Below are positions 51,491-61,071 of a DNA stretch of 64,000 nt, one piece after another. Numbering within the stretch: position 1 is the first letter of the stretch; each line of letters opens with the position of its first letter. The position numbers and the translations under genes were made by a program. Where the stretch lies: the NCBI GenBank assembly GCA_039208735.1, contig JBCCQY010000029.1, forward strand, positions 1 through 64,000, written 5' to 3'. Below the pieces are notes generated by a model, which was given only the letters and a program-made list of their open reading frames with translations, searched no databases and had not been told where the DNA came from. The DNA is from Myxococcota bacterium (lineage in GTDB: Bacteria; Myxococcota_A; UBA796; GCA-2862545).

Positions 51491-54400
51491 ATGTTCACGG
51501 TCCTCGCGTTCTGGCTCGCCTGGTTCGGCTGTCGCACCGCCGACGATGAAGATGGCAACGAGCCCGTCGACTGCGCGTTTCAGGTATGGCCGGATGCGGA
51601 TGGCGATGGCTACGGCGATGATGCGGCCAAGCCCATCGTTCAATGCGACGTCGAAGCGGGATTTGCCGCGCAGGCGGGGGATTGTGACGACACCGACGCG
51701 GCCATCTCGCCCGCCGCGGACGAAGACTGCAGCAACGTCGACCGGAACTGCGACGGCCAGGCCACTGAGGGCGCGATGGGCACGTTGTGGTATCGCGACG
51801 GCGACGGTGACGGCTATGGCAACGGCGAGGCCCAGATGGCCTGTGTCGCGCCTGCCGACCACGTCGCACGGGATGGCGATTGCGATGATGGCGATGCATC
51901 GGTGAACCCTGGCGCTTCGGAGTGGTGCAACGAGGTCGACGATGACTGTGATGGGTCCGTCGACAATGACGCCGCCGATGTGATCACGCAGTACCTCGAC
52001 GCCGATGCCGACGGATTCGGGGTGGAAAGCGTCACCGTGACGGCATGCCCCGCAGAGCCCGGCTACGCCCCGGTTCCAGGAGACTGCAACGATAAGGACG
52101 CCTCCATTGCCCCCGATCAGCCCGATCGATGCAACGACGGGATCGACGATGACTGTGACCCCAAGACCGATGAAAACGTGGTTTCGGGCGCGGCGTGGTT
52201 TGCCGACCTCGATCTCGACGGCTTTGGTGCCGGAACTGCCGCTGTGGCGTGTGAGGCGCCGTCGGCGGACCTCGTGGCCGACGGAACCGACTGCGACGAC
52301 ACCGATTCGGCCATCTTTCCTGGTTCGCCCGAGATTTGCGATGATATCGATAACGATTGCGATGGGCAAACGGATGAAGAGGCGGCGGATGGCACCGCCT
52401 ATTACGTCGATTCAGACCTCGACGGGTTCGGGACGGGGGAAGCGCTCGTTGCCTGTGCCCCTGTCGTGGGTCGGGTGACGGTCGACGGCGATTGCGACGA
52501 TGCCAACGCCACCGTGAACCCGAGTGCGATCGAGGCGTGCGATGGCCTCGACAATGACTGCAATCCCCAGACGGTGGACGACGATGCGCCAGACGCTCCA
52601 GCGTGGGTGGTCGACGTCGATGGAGACGGCTTTGGGGATCAAACCGCTAAGGCGGTCCAGTCGTGCATCCAACCCAAGGGGTTTGTCGCCCTGCTGGACG
52701 CAACCGACTGCGACGATGCGGATGCTCTCGTCAACCCGGGCCGCCCCGAGGTCTGCAATGGCGGCGTGGACGATGATTGCGATCCGACGACCGACGAAGA
52801 AGCGTTGGTCACCTGGTACGCGGATGTCGATCAGGACGGGTACGGTGATCCAGGGTCGACCACCACCGCGTGCATTCAGCCCGTGGGCTTCGTTGACAAT
52901 GCCGACGACTGTGACGACGTAGCGAGCGACCTCAACCCCATCGACACCCCCGGGTGCATCCAAGACCACTGCGGGACCATCGACCAGTCTGAGACTTGGC
53001 GGAACACGGTAGCACACACCGTTTCGTGCGACGTGAAGGTCGAAGGGGCAGCGAAACCCACGCTGACCGTAGAACCTGGGGTCGAGGTATCGTTCGAACC
53101 CAACACCGAACTCCGGGTCGGGGTGGGGGGAGACGGGCGCATTGTGGTCGACGGGGACGCGGCCGAGGTGTGGTTCACCTCCCGCGAGCCACTCCCCGCC
53201 GCCGGGGATTGGGACGGCCTGACCATTGGAAGCCGGGATCAAAGCTCGGTGCTGACTGGCCTCGTGGTGGAGTATGCGGGGCGCGATGGCATTGGGGGCG
53301 TACGCCTGTATGGGGACGACATCATCGTGGACCGGCTTACCGCGAGGTACAACGCCAACGATGGGCTGCACGTCGACGCAGGTGAGCCGAGCATCGTGGG
53401 GAGCACGTTCACCAACAACACGGGCAATGGGGTAACCATCGACACCTCGGCCGGGTTGTCGCGACTCGATACCGCGGGCACGCCAGGGCCGAGCTTTCAA
53501 AACAACGTGTCGACCGCGAACCTCGGGCGACCGCTAACCTTACCGGGCGACGTGGCCGATGAGATCGACCCGAACTGCCTGCTTACGGGCAACGTGGTGG
53601 ACGCCATCGAGCTGACGTCAGGCACCCTGCGGTTCACGGGAACCTGGGCCGATCACGGCATTCCCTATGAAGTACGCGCCAATGCGACGATCAACGTCGA
53701 GGACGGTCCCCAGGCCCAGTTGACCATCGCGGACGGGGTCGAGATTGTCTTCGACACGTCGGCCGGCATGCGGATTGGCTATTCCGAAGCTGGGCAACTC
53801 ATCGTGGACGGCCACACCGAAGGGGTGGTGATGACCGGCACCTCCGAAATCGTGGCCCTCTCGGACAGCTGGGACGGGCTCACGTTTGGCCCGAATGATC
53901 TCGGAAGCGTCGTGAATGGCCTCCTCATCGAATACGGAGGCAGCAACGCATTCGGCAACCTCTACCTCTGGGATGCGTCGCCGACGTTTACGAACGTGGT
54001 CTCACGGTATGCGGATGGGGATGGGTTGGCGGTGACCGGTTCATCGGCCGCACCTTCGATCGCCGACTCGCGTTTCGAAGACAATGACGAGTACGGGGTG
54101 AACGTCGCGTCCAACAGCGGCTTGGTCCCCGATACGGGATTCAGCGGCAACGTGTGCTCGGGTAACGGCTTGGCTCCCATGGTGTTGCCTCCAGATGCGT
54201 TGGGGGCCCTCGATGCGACGTCGAGCTTTGCGGGCAATGGCCAAGCCATTCAAGTGCACAGCGGAACCGTGCTGAACGACGCCACCTGGTCGCTCGTAGA
54301 TGAGACCTACGAGATGACAGGAACGATCTTCATCGGGGGACCTCGGGACCCAGTGGTGACGGTCGAGGACGGGGTGCACATGACGTTTGCTCGCAACACC

Positions 54401-55408
54401 ACCTTCAACGTAGGAACCAACGACGATGGCAGCCTCATCGTGTTGGGTGACGAAACCGGGGTGGTCATGGAGAGCGCCGAACCCATCCCCGGTGAGGGCG
54501 ACTGGTACGGCATGCGAGTGGGGGCGAATCGCGGCGATGCGACGACCGCATTGCAGGGCCTTACCCTCCGTCACGCGGGGGGCTCGGATACCGGCGTGGG
54601 CGCTGCGCTTGAACTCATCGACACCGATGGGTGCGGCACGCAAGAGGACGAGCTGGTGCTCGAGGACTTGGTGATCGAACGTTCATCGAAGTACGCGCTA
54701 TATGCGGCCGCATGGTCAACGCTCCGCATCGATGGAGCCGTATTCACCGATAACGTCGACGGTTGTGTCTACCTCGATGCTTCGTCGTTCTGTCAGGGGC
54801 CGACCGTCACGTCGTTCACCGGCAACACGTGCACGGGCTCGTCCGAGTTTGGGGTGTGGCCGCTTTCGGAGGCGGATGCGCTGGACGAGACTTCGGTATA
54901 TCCCGGGCCCATTTTGTTCGACGATGCGGCGCTGTCGACCGACGTGACGCTCAAGAACCTTGGCGTGCCCTACCACTTCCTGTCTTCGGTCACGGTTGGA
55001 GATTCGAGTGGGCCCGTGCTGACGGTGGAGTCGGGGAACACGTTGGTGTTCGACTTTGGTGAGGGCTTGTACGTCGCGACCTCGAATTCCGGCGGAGTAG
55101 TGTTTGAACCCGGTACGCCCGAGACCACGCTGACCTCCATCGCCAACTCGCCCGCTCCAGGAGACTGGGACGGCCTACGCATCGGAACGTTCTGCACCGT
55201 GGCGGACGTCGAGGATGTCGTGCTGACCTATGGCGGTGACAACGGCGTAGGCTCGCTTTACATCGATCGCTGCAATGTTGGTGGGCTCATCGATCGAGTG
55301 ACCATCGAACAGAGCAGCACCTGCGGCTTGTACTACGACGACGGCCTGTCCACGATGACCGTAGGAACCGTCCAATACGCCGGGAACGGAACGGACGTTT
55401 GCCCGTAG
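51491..55408 (+). CDS. Large surface lipoprotein: MopE-type Cys/Asp repeats + right-handed beta-helix repeats
   Basis: Lipobox-like FGC; seven DxDxDG(Y/F)G...DCDD...P...C..D.DC units; four (G/D)xWxG beta-helix modules. Confidence 0.85.
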   Translation: MFTVLAFWLAWFGCRTADDEDGNEPVDCAFQVWPDADGDGYGDDAAKPIVQCDVEAGFAAQAGDCDDTDAAISPAADEDCSNVDRNCDGQATEGAMGTLWYRDGDGDGYGNGEAQMACVAPADHVARDGDCDDGDASVNPGASEWCNEVDDDCDGSVDNDAADVITQYLDADADGFGVESVTVTACPAEPGYAPVPGDCNDKDASIAPDQPDRCNDGIDDDCDPKTDENVVSGAAWFADLDLDGFGAGTAAVACEAPSADLVADGTDCDDTDSAIFPGSPEICDDIDNDCDGQTDEEAADGTAYYVDSDLDGFGTGEALVACAPVVGRVTVDGDCDDANATVNPSAIEACDGLDNDCNPQTVDDDAPDAPAWVVDVDGDGFGDQTAKAVQSCIQPKGFVALLDATDCDDADALVNPGRPEVCNGGVDDDCDPTTDEEALVTWYADVDQDGYGDPGSTTTACIQPVGFVDNADDCDDVASDLNPIDTPGCIQDHCGTIDQSETWRNTVAHTVSCDVKVEGAAKPTLTVEPGVEVSFEPNTELRVGVGGDGRIVVDGDAAEVWFTSREPLPAAGDWDGLTIGSRDQSSVLTGLVVEYAGRDGIGGVRLYGDDIIVDRLTARYNANDGLHVDAGEPSIVGSTFTNNTGNGVTIDTSAGLSRLDTAGTPGPSFQNNVSTANLGRPLTLPGDVADEIDPNCLLTGNVVDAIELTSGTLRFTGTWADHGIPYEVRANATINVEDGPQAQLTIADGVEIVFDTSAGMRIGYSEAGQLIVDGHTEGVVMTGTSEIVALSDSWDGLTFGPNDLGSVVNGLLIEYGGSNAFGNLYLWDASPTFTNVVSRYADGDGLAVTGSSAAPSIADSRFEDNDEYGVNVASNSGLVPDTGFSGNVCSGNGLAPMVLPPDALGALDATSSFAGNGQAIQVHSGTVLNDATWSLVDETYEMTGTIFIGGPRDPVVTVEDGVHMTFARNTTFNVGTNDDGSLIVLGDETGVVMESAEPIPGEGDWYGMRVGANRGDATTALQGLTLRHAGGSDTGVGAALELIDTDGCGTQEDELVLEDLVIERSSKYALYAAAWSTLRIDGAVFTDNVDGCVYLDASSFCQGPTVTSFTGNTCTGSSEFGVWPLSEADALDETSVYPGPILFDDAALSTDVTLKNLGVPYHFLSSVTVGDSSGPVLTVESGNTLVFDFGEGLYVATSNSGGVVFEPGTPETTLTSIANSPAPGDWDGLRIGTFCTVADVEDVVLTYGGDNGVGSLYIDRCNVGGLIDRVTIEQSSTCGLYYDDGLSTMTVGTVQYAGNGTDVCP
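51587..52960 (+). repeat. Seven tandem coding MopE-like repeats (last one partial)
   Basis: Repeats of about 65-70 aa visible in the translation; boundaries approximate. Confidence 0.8.
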
Positions 55409-55409
55409 G

Positions 55410-56342
55410 CTACAGCGCTTCGAGGCAGAGGTGGCCTTGGCCCCGGTCAAAGTGCACCGAATCCGCTGAATCGCCACAATCAGCATAGAGATCGAGAAAC
55501 TGCGGGCATTCATCGACGATCGCGCAGTAGTGGCGCATCTCAAGCGTGTTGGGGCTCTGCGTGTCGAAATAGAACGTGCCGATGTAGACGCGATCGGGAA
55601 CCCGTCCACCATTGTCGTAGTCCTGGATCACAAACTCATTGCCACAGTTTTGGTTGAACGGCAGACCGGTTGGATTCTGGTCATTGTACAAGCGGAAGTA
55701 GGACGATTCGTTGCGTTGCTTCGCGCCCGATTCCGCAACGTCGTCCTTGTAGACCGCGTACCAGCCGGAGTGGTTGGGTGGGTCGAGTTCGTAGGTCGCC
55801 ACCTGATGGGGCCGACGGCCCAAGAGGAACTTGCGCCGGTCACCCGCGAGCTTCATCCCAACTTTACTGTCGCAATCATCACGATCGAACTGGCTTGCGA
55901 GCTGATTGCTGATCGATACCCCATGCACCGTCAGGTCACTGACGCCAAACAGGCTCCCAAACACCATGGTGGCCGTTGGTCTTTGAATGGTCGCTTTGGT
56001 GGCTTCGATGGCATCCATGTCGGTCACGAGGTCACCGGTCTTGCGGTCGACCCAGCCCCATTCGAGGTTCGTGATCGTGAAGGTCCCGGCGCCCCACCGC
56101 ACAGGGTGGTTGTGCACGACATGATTGGCCAGGGCCTTGGCCTCCTCGACCGACTTGCCATGGGCGTAGGCCACGATGGCCGTCTGGGCGGCGGCAAACG
56201 CGACGGCATCCGATTCACTTGCCGCAAGCGAGGCAATACTCAAGTCCAACGCGAGCGCACCAACCCCAAGAAACGGTATGGCGCACAGTGCGGTGACCAA
56301 GGCGTATTGGCCGCGTCGACATGGGACCGTCTTGGGAATCAT
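55410..56342 (-). CDS. Tad/TadG-like pilus-associated protein with Cys-rich C-terminal domain
   Basis: RRGQYALVTALCAIPFLGVGALALD prepilin-like N-terminus; GGAGGAG RBS before the ATG at 56342. Confidence 0.7.
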   Translation of the reverse strand: MIPKTVPCRRGQYALVTALCAIPFLGVGALALDLSIASLAASESDAVAFAAAQTAIVAYAHGKSVEEAKALANHVVHNHPVRWGAGTFTITNLEWGWVDRKTGDLVTDMDAIEATKATIQRPTATMVFGSLFGVSDLTVHGVSISNQLASQFDRDDCDSKVGMKLAGDRRKFLLGRRPHQVATYELDPPNHSGWYAVYKDDVAESGAKQRNESSYFRLYNDQNPTGLPFNQNCGNEFVIQDYDNGGRVPDRVYIGTFYFDTQSPNTLEMRHYCAIVDECPQFLDLYADCGDSADSVHFDRGQGHLCLEAL

Positions 56343-56544
56343 GCGCTCCTCCGTGTAAATCATCGGAGCGCCTGTCGGATCGCGACGCGGTGAAATGCGA
56401 GTCCTCATCGTTACGCCGGGTCCACTTCGGAAACCTGCTGGCGCGAGAGGCGACGAGGTACGATTGCTTGGGCCCGGGCCGGGCCGTCTCGCGGTTCGGC
56501 CGGCAGCCTTGACGGGATTGACGGTGGAGCACCGAGGAGAAAGC

Positions 56545-57723
56545 TTGGTCGATGGGCAGGCCTCTCGTGAAGCATTGCGGTTTCAAGAGATCGACCTGCT
56601 CCGCGGGATCATCATGGTCTTGATGACCCTCGACCACGTCCGAGACTACGCGTGGGGGGCCGCGGTCGGTGACCCCATGCGGGTGGGCGAAGTGAGTGGA
56701 GGCATGTTCGTCACGCGGTTTCTAAGCCACTTCTGTGCTCCACTCTTCATCGTGCTGGCCGGCATGTCGGCGAGGTTCCTGCAGCTCAAGGGAATGTCGA
56801 CGGCCGAGTTGTCTCGTCACCTGGCCCTTCGAGGCGCATTGCTCGTGGTTCTCGAGGTCACCGTCGTCGATCTGGCGTGGAACTTCTATCCGCCGTACCC
56901 CATCACCTATCTGCAGATCATTTGGGCGATTGGCTGGTCAATGGTGTTCTTGGCCATCCTTGTGCGTTTGCCAATGGTGGCGATCGGAACCGCGGGGGGA
57001 GTGTTGACCGTGGGCCATGGGGTCATCGAGGCCCTTCGTCCCGCTGAGCTCCATGGGTGGGGCTACGTCTGGTTTAGCGTCCTGTTCGAAAAGAACGTCC
57101 TCGACACGGGGCTTGGCTTTGCTGTGCGAACCACCTACCCGCTGGTCGCTCCGATGGGCCTGATCGCCATCGGCTACGTCCTGGGCGGATGCTACGCTCC
57201 GGGCGTCTCGCAGGCTCAGCGCCGCAAGGTGTGGGTCGTTGCCGCAATCACAGGCCTGCTGGCCTACGCGGTACTACGCCTCACCCACCTGGGCGATCCA
57301 CATCCCTTCGTTGCCTTCGACAATCCCTGGTGGACGTTGATGTCCTTTTTCAACCCCACCAAATATCCGCTGTCGCTGCAGTTCGTCCTGCTCACGGTTT
57401 CGCCCGGATTGCTGTGGCTCACCATCACCGAGGTTCCCCGATGGACCAGGCCGTTGCTCGCATTGGGGCGCGTGCCGCTGTTCTACTACATCGTTCACCT
57501 CTACGTGATCCACGCCGCCATGCTGGGACTGGCCTTCCTCCAAGGCTTTGGCCCCCAGACGATGGATTTCCAAGCTCGGTTGGGTGGGGTTCCGGAGGGG
57601 TTTGGCCTGCCGTTGTGGGCCGTCTATGTCACCGCAGGTGCCATCTCAGCGGCGTTGGTCCCGCTATGCGACCTCTACGGGCGGGCACGGAGTCGCTACG
57701 GAGGCTTCCTCCGCTTTTTTTGA
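56545..57723 (+). CDS. DUF1624 / HGSNAT-like membrane acyltransferase-family protein
   Basis: IDLLRGIIMVLMTLDHVRD, TRFLSHFCAPLF..LAG, KYPLSLQF, GRVPLFYY..HLY. TTG start after GAGGAG. Confidence 0.85.
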   Translation: MVDGQASREALRFQEIDLLRGIIMVLMTLDHVRDYAWGAAVGDPMRVGEVSGGMFVTRFLSHFCAPLFIVLAGMSARFLQLKGMSTAELSRHLALRGALLVVLEVTVVDLAWNFYPPYPITYLQIIWAIGWSMVFLAILVRLPMVAIGTAGGVLTVGHGVIEALRPAELHGWGYVWFSVLFEKNVLDTGLGFAVRTTYPLVAPMGLIAIGYVLGGCYAPGVSQAQRRKVWVVAAITGLLAYAVLRLTHLGDPHPFVAFDNPWWTLMSFFNPTKYPLSLQFVLLTVSPGLLWLTITEVPRWTRPLLALGRVPLFYYIVHLYVIHAAMLGLAFLQGFGPQTMDFQARLGGVPEGFGLPLWAVYVTAGAISAALVPLCDLYGRARSRYGGFLRFF

Positions 57724-57788
57724 TTCCGTGATCTTTTTTCGAAGCGACGTTGCTCTAGATTCGTTTTTCGTTTAGAACGGCGCCGAAC

Positions 57789-57803
57789 TGAAAGTCATTT
57801 TCA
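57789..57803. promoter_or_regulatory. Fur-type box upstream of the nicotianamine synthase gene
   Basis: 7-1-7 inverted repeat TGAAAGT-C-ATTTTCA, AT-rich in a GC-rich genome. Confidence 0.75.
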
Positions 57804-57831
57804 ACAACAGGCCGATCAAGCGAGACCTGTC

Positions 57832-58866
57832 ATGAAACATCACCCTGTCCGGTCTCCGTTTGGAGAGCCGGCCGTGGCTTCGTGCGCCGTGGACGCGCAG
57901 GAGATTTCTTCAGCTGCTCACATGGTCCTCCGCCGCTTGGTCGATGGCCCAACCAGTGTCTACCAAGCCTTGACCGACCACATCGTTGCGAGCCAATCGC
58001 CGTTCGAGCCCTGTCCGACGGTCAATGGGGCGCTGAGAGGGTTGGTCAAAACCCTACAGGGTGAGGGGCTTGCCGAGCCGGAGGAGATTCGCGCGGTGCA
58101 TGCCCAGGCTCTGACACTGCTTCAGCAGGTTGAAGAGTGGCAGGATCGAGCGCACACCGTGCGGGACTTTGCGGGGCGAGCGGAAGCCGCACTCGAACGA
58201 GCGTACGCCCCCACACTTGCTGTGGAGCACTCGCCATCGGCCACGCCGCTGGCGAGGCTTTGCGACGCCCTCGGTCCGTTTCCCTATCTTGAGAACTATC
58301 AGCGACTTGTAGAGGCGGAATCTCGCTTGTTGCGGGGAGTCCGGCACGTGTGGTTCGGAGGAGCAGGTCCTGCACCCCTTACCGGGTTGCTGCTTCATGC
58401 CACCCTCGGCGTGCGCGTAACCCTCGTGGACGTCGATGCCGAAGCGGTCGAAGTGAGCCAAGCCCTCGTGACCCGACTCGAACGGATGGGGGCATTGATT
58501 CCTGGTTTTGTGCAGACTCGCCATGCCGATCTTCGGGACGGGATCGACACCGATGACGTGGATGCGTTGTTGATTGCAAGCCTGGTGGATGAGGAGGCCA
58601 AGGTTCAAGTCGCACAGCATGTTGCGACGAAGGCCCGTAGACCTAGGCTCCTCTTTCGATCGGCTCGAGGACTGTGCAGCGCATTTGCGTATCGACCGAC
58701 TCCACGCGCTCGTATCGAAGCCGCGGGATGGAGGTTTGTGGGGCACCTTGCTCCCGAAACCCAGGCCTCAGTTCGAGACCCAGAGGTCCTGGCGATTGTC
58801 GATCGACGCATTTTGAATTCAACCGAAGTCTTTGTTGCACAGGGGCGGGAGGCCGACCGTGGGTAG
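57832..58866 (+). CDS. Nicotianamine synthase family protein (SAM-dependent aminobutyryl transferase)
   Basis: PCPTVN..L..LV, AEAALE, FPYLENY..L...E, FGGAGPAPLT, IASLV, FRSARG...AY match NAS family motifs. Confidence 0.88.
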   Translation: MKHHPVRSPFGEPAVASCAVDAQEISSAAHMVLRRLVDGPTSVYQALTDHIVASQSPFEPCPTVNGALRGLVKTLQGEGLAEPEEIRAVHAQALTLLQQVEEWQDRAHTVRDFAGRAEAALERAYAPTLAVEHSPSATPLARLCDALGPFPYLENYQRLVEAESRLLRGVRHVWFGGAGPAPLTGLLLHATLGVRVTLVDVDAEAVEVSQALVTRLERMGALIPGFVQTRHADLRDGIDTDDVDALLIASLVDEEAKVQVAQHVATKARRPRLLFRSARGLCSAFAYRPTPRARIEAAGWRFVGHLAPETQASVRDPEVLAIVDRRILNSTEVFVAQGREADRG

Positions 58867-60103
58867 TGTGATTCCGCGACGCCGATGGGTGTTTTTCATC
58901 GATCCCATCGAAGAGAGCAGCTACCCCGTCACGGAGACGGGCTACGCGATGCTCTACCGCGCATGGTGCAGAGCGAAGGTTGATGGGGATGAGGTTTATG
59001 TGGTCTACCCTTCAACCCCTCTTTCGTTCACCCCGCACCGGACGTTCGCGTCCCCTCGGTCGGTGGTGTTGGGGCGACGGTTGATCGGCTTTTCAGCTTC
59101 GCCTTACGAGCACTTTCGAAGCCAGCGAGACACCTATGACGCTGCGGCCGACGTCGGATCGTTGCCTTGCCACGAGGAAGGGCCTCCGACGGAGTTGATT
59201 CTCGAGGAGGCCGATGTCATCGTGTTCCGACAGGAGACGGGCGAACCGGTCCATCGGCGACGCCTCTTGCGGGCCTTGGCCAAATTGGAATCGCGGGTGT
59301 TGGTCTATCTTTCACCTCGCCTGGCCCTCGACCCGGAGTTTGGTTCCAAGGTCTTGCCGGGACGCATTGCGCCCGAATGCGTGCCGGTCAGCTGGTCGAC
59401 CACCGACCTTCAGGGATCTCGGTACGAAAAGGTGGATGCGGCACTTGAGTTCCTGCGCGGTCCCCTGAAGCGAACGCGCACGGCGATCGTCAAGCCCGCG
59501 TTTGGCGACAACGGAGAGGGCATCACGGTGCTCGGGGTCTCCCCGTTGGATCCCTACCTCCGGCCGCGAAACGCCCGCGACCACCTCATCGAACTGCTGC
59601 AGCGACATGGCGAGGTGGTGGTGCAGGAGTACGTGCCCTCCGTAAGGGCGCCTCGAAACGTTGAAGGCGCTCTCGATCAGGTGCCTTTGGATCGCTGTGA
59701 CTTCGGTGAAATTCGATTCTTGCTCATCGATGGCACGGTGCCACGGGACCGAGCCGGGTGCCCGATCTTGGTGGCACGTCGCACCCCAACGCCGACGAGT
59801 CTGCTTGCCGACAGCGGAATCTCCTATCCAACTACGCTTTCAGATGCCGAACGTCGGTTCCTCGATCGCGTCGGCCAGGCTTACCTGCGGTACGGCATCC
59901 ACTTTGGCGGAGGCGATTTGATTCGGACGGCGAACCCAGAGCGTCCGTTCGTCTTCACCGACGCTGCCCGGGCAGTTTGCGGTCATGCGGTCGTGACGGG
60001 GGCTCTCAACGGTGAGCCCTACTTGATCGTAGACCAGGTCCTAGACAGCATGGAGCGGCACTGGATCCGTCGGGTAGCCGAACGCCGCACGCGGGTCGCT
60101 TGA
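58859..60103 (+). CDS. Glutathione-synthetase (GshB)-like ATP-grasp ligase
   Basis: GshB-like N-terminus (FFIDPIEE...TGYAML..A), IVKPAFGDNGEGI, VQEYVP, GEIRFLLIDG, GGDLI. GTG start after GGGAGG overlaps the NAS stop. Confidence 0.8.
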   Translation: MGSVIPRRRWVFFIDPIEESSYPVTETGYAMLYRAWCRAKVDGDEVYVVYPSTPLSFTPHRTFASPRSVVLGRRLIGFSASPYEHFRSQRDTYDAAADVGSLPCHEEGPPTELILEEADVIVFRQETGEPVHRRRLLRALAKLESRVLVYLSPRLALDPEFGSKVLPGRIAPECVPVSWSTTDLQGSRYEKVDAALEFLRGPLKRTRTAIVKPAFGDNGEGITVLGVSPLDPYLRPRNARDHLIELLQRHGEVVVQEYVPSVRAPRNVEGALDQVPLDRCDFGEIRFLLIDGTVPRDRAGCPILVARRTPTPTSLLADSGISYPTTLSDAERRFLDRVGQAYLRYGIHFGGGDLIRTANPERPFVFTDAARAVCGHAVVTGALNGEPYLIVDQVLDSMERHWIRRVAERRTRVA

Positions 60104-60104
60104 G

Positions 60105-60959
60105 TCATGCGGGATTGGACTGACGGTAGGCGCCAGGCGTGACGCCCATCGCCTCGCGAAAGACGCGTGCGAGGTGACTCGAACTGCTGAAGCCGAGCTG
60201 GTAGGCAATGTCGCCGATGGGGAGATCCGTCGTGTTGAGGAGTTCACGGGCGCGTCGAAGGCGTTCCTGCCGAAGAAGTCCGAAGACCGAAGTGCCAAAG
60301 TGGGTGTGGAACCCTCGCGTGAGCGATCGAGGGGAAAGGCCCATCTGGGCTGCAAGGTCAACCAGCGCAGGTGGGTTGGTGAGGTCGCGCAGAAGCAATG
60401 CACGGGCCCGCGCGCTCCAATGAGGCTCACCGTCTCCGTTTCGGAGGCGTGCGAGCAACCGAAGGGCATCCGCCTCTCGGTCGAGGTCGTCGGCCTCGTC
60501 CGGGTCGAGCAGGCGTTGGGCAAGGGTCAGGGCGTGGGGCGCGAGGACCCGTTGGCCAGCCGGGAGAAGCGCTTCGTGCAGGTGGTAGACCAGATGCTTG
60601 GCCTGGCCTGGGGGGGCGCGACGCTCTCGCACCGGCGTATCAAAGACGTAGCCAAATCCAGGCTTGAGGACCGTCCAACCCGTATCGGTGCGGAGATGGC
60701 TCGTGCCCTGGACTGCGACGACCACCGTAGTGCTGACGGGTTGGAGCGCCACTCGGGGACAGCTGTGGTACTCGCGGCCATACCGCATTCGTATCGCCGA
60801 AAACGCTCCTCGAGAGAGCTGAATACGACGAATCCATCCGAATCCGAACCCCGCGGGAAGCGCATAGTGTAGGCCGCCCTCACGCATCTGGCGTATTGTC
60901 ATGGGTGTACCGTAGATAGCCAGGCGCATGGGGTGCTCCGCCGTGGGGTGCTCTTTCAA
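60105..60959 (-). CDS. AraC family regulator (PchR/YbtA-like)
   Basis: LAAQMGLSPRSLTRGFHTHFGTSV...RLRRARELL...IAYQLGFSSSSHLARVF..MGVTPG. Start uncertain. Confidence 0.9.
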   Translation of the reverse strand: MKEHPTAEHPMRLAIYGTPMTIRQMREGGLHYALPAGFGFGWIRRIQLSRGAFSAIRMRYGREYHSCPRVALQPVSTTVVVAVQGTSHLRTDTGWTVLKPGFGYVFDTPVRERRAPPGQAKHLVYHLHEALLPAGQRVLAPHALTLAQRLLDPDEADDLDREADALRLLARLRNGDGEPHWSARARALLLRDLTNPPALVDLAAQMGLSPRSLTRGFHTHFGTSVFGLLRQERLRRARELLNTTDLPIGDIAYQLGFSSSSHLARVFREAMGVTPGAYRQSNPA

Positions 60960-61071
60960 CGTCCGTAAGGTGCTCTCGTCAACGCCAGGATGCGCGTAGA
61001 AAAGCCCTATGCAGACGGCCGCATCTTAGTTGCCTGACGCGCGCTCATTCCTCTTTTTCGGAGGCCTGTCC

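Noticed and set aside
51587..52960. Repeats as a CRISPR array or DNA tandem repeat
   Set aside because: They are degenerate protein-coding repeats, conserved at amino-acid level only.
57832..58866. Naming the NAS gene cntL of a staphylopine/pseudopaline operon
   Set aside because: No cntM, cntK, cntI or cntO visible in the window.
58859..60103. Naming the ATP-grasp gene gshB
   Set aside because: Too divergent, lacks the ExN motif, and is coupled to NAS rather than glutathione genes.
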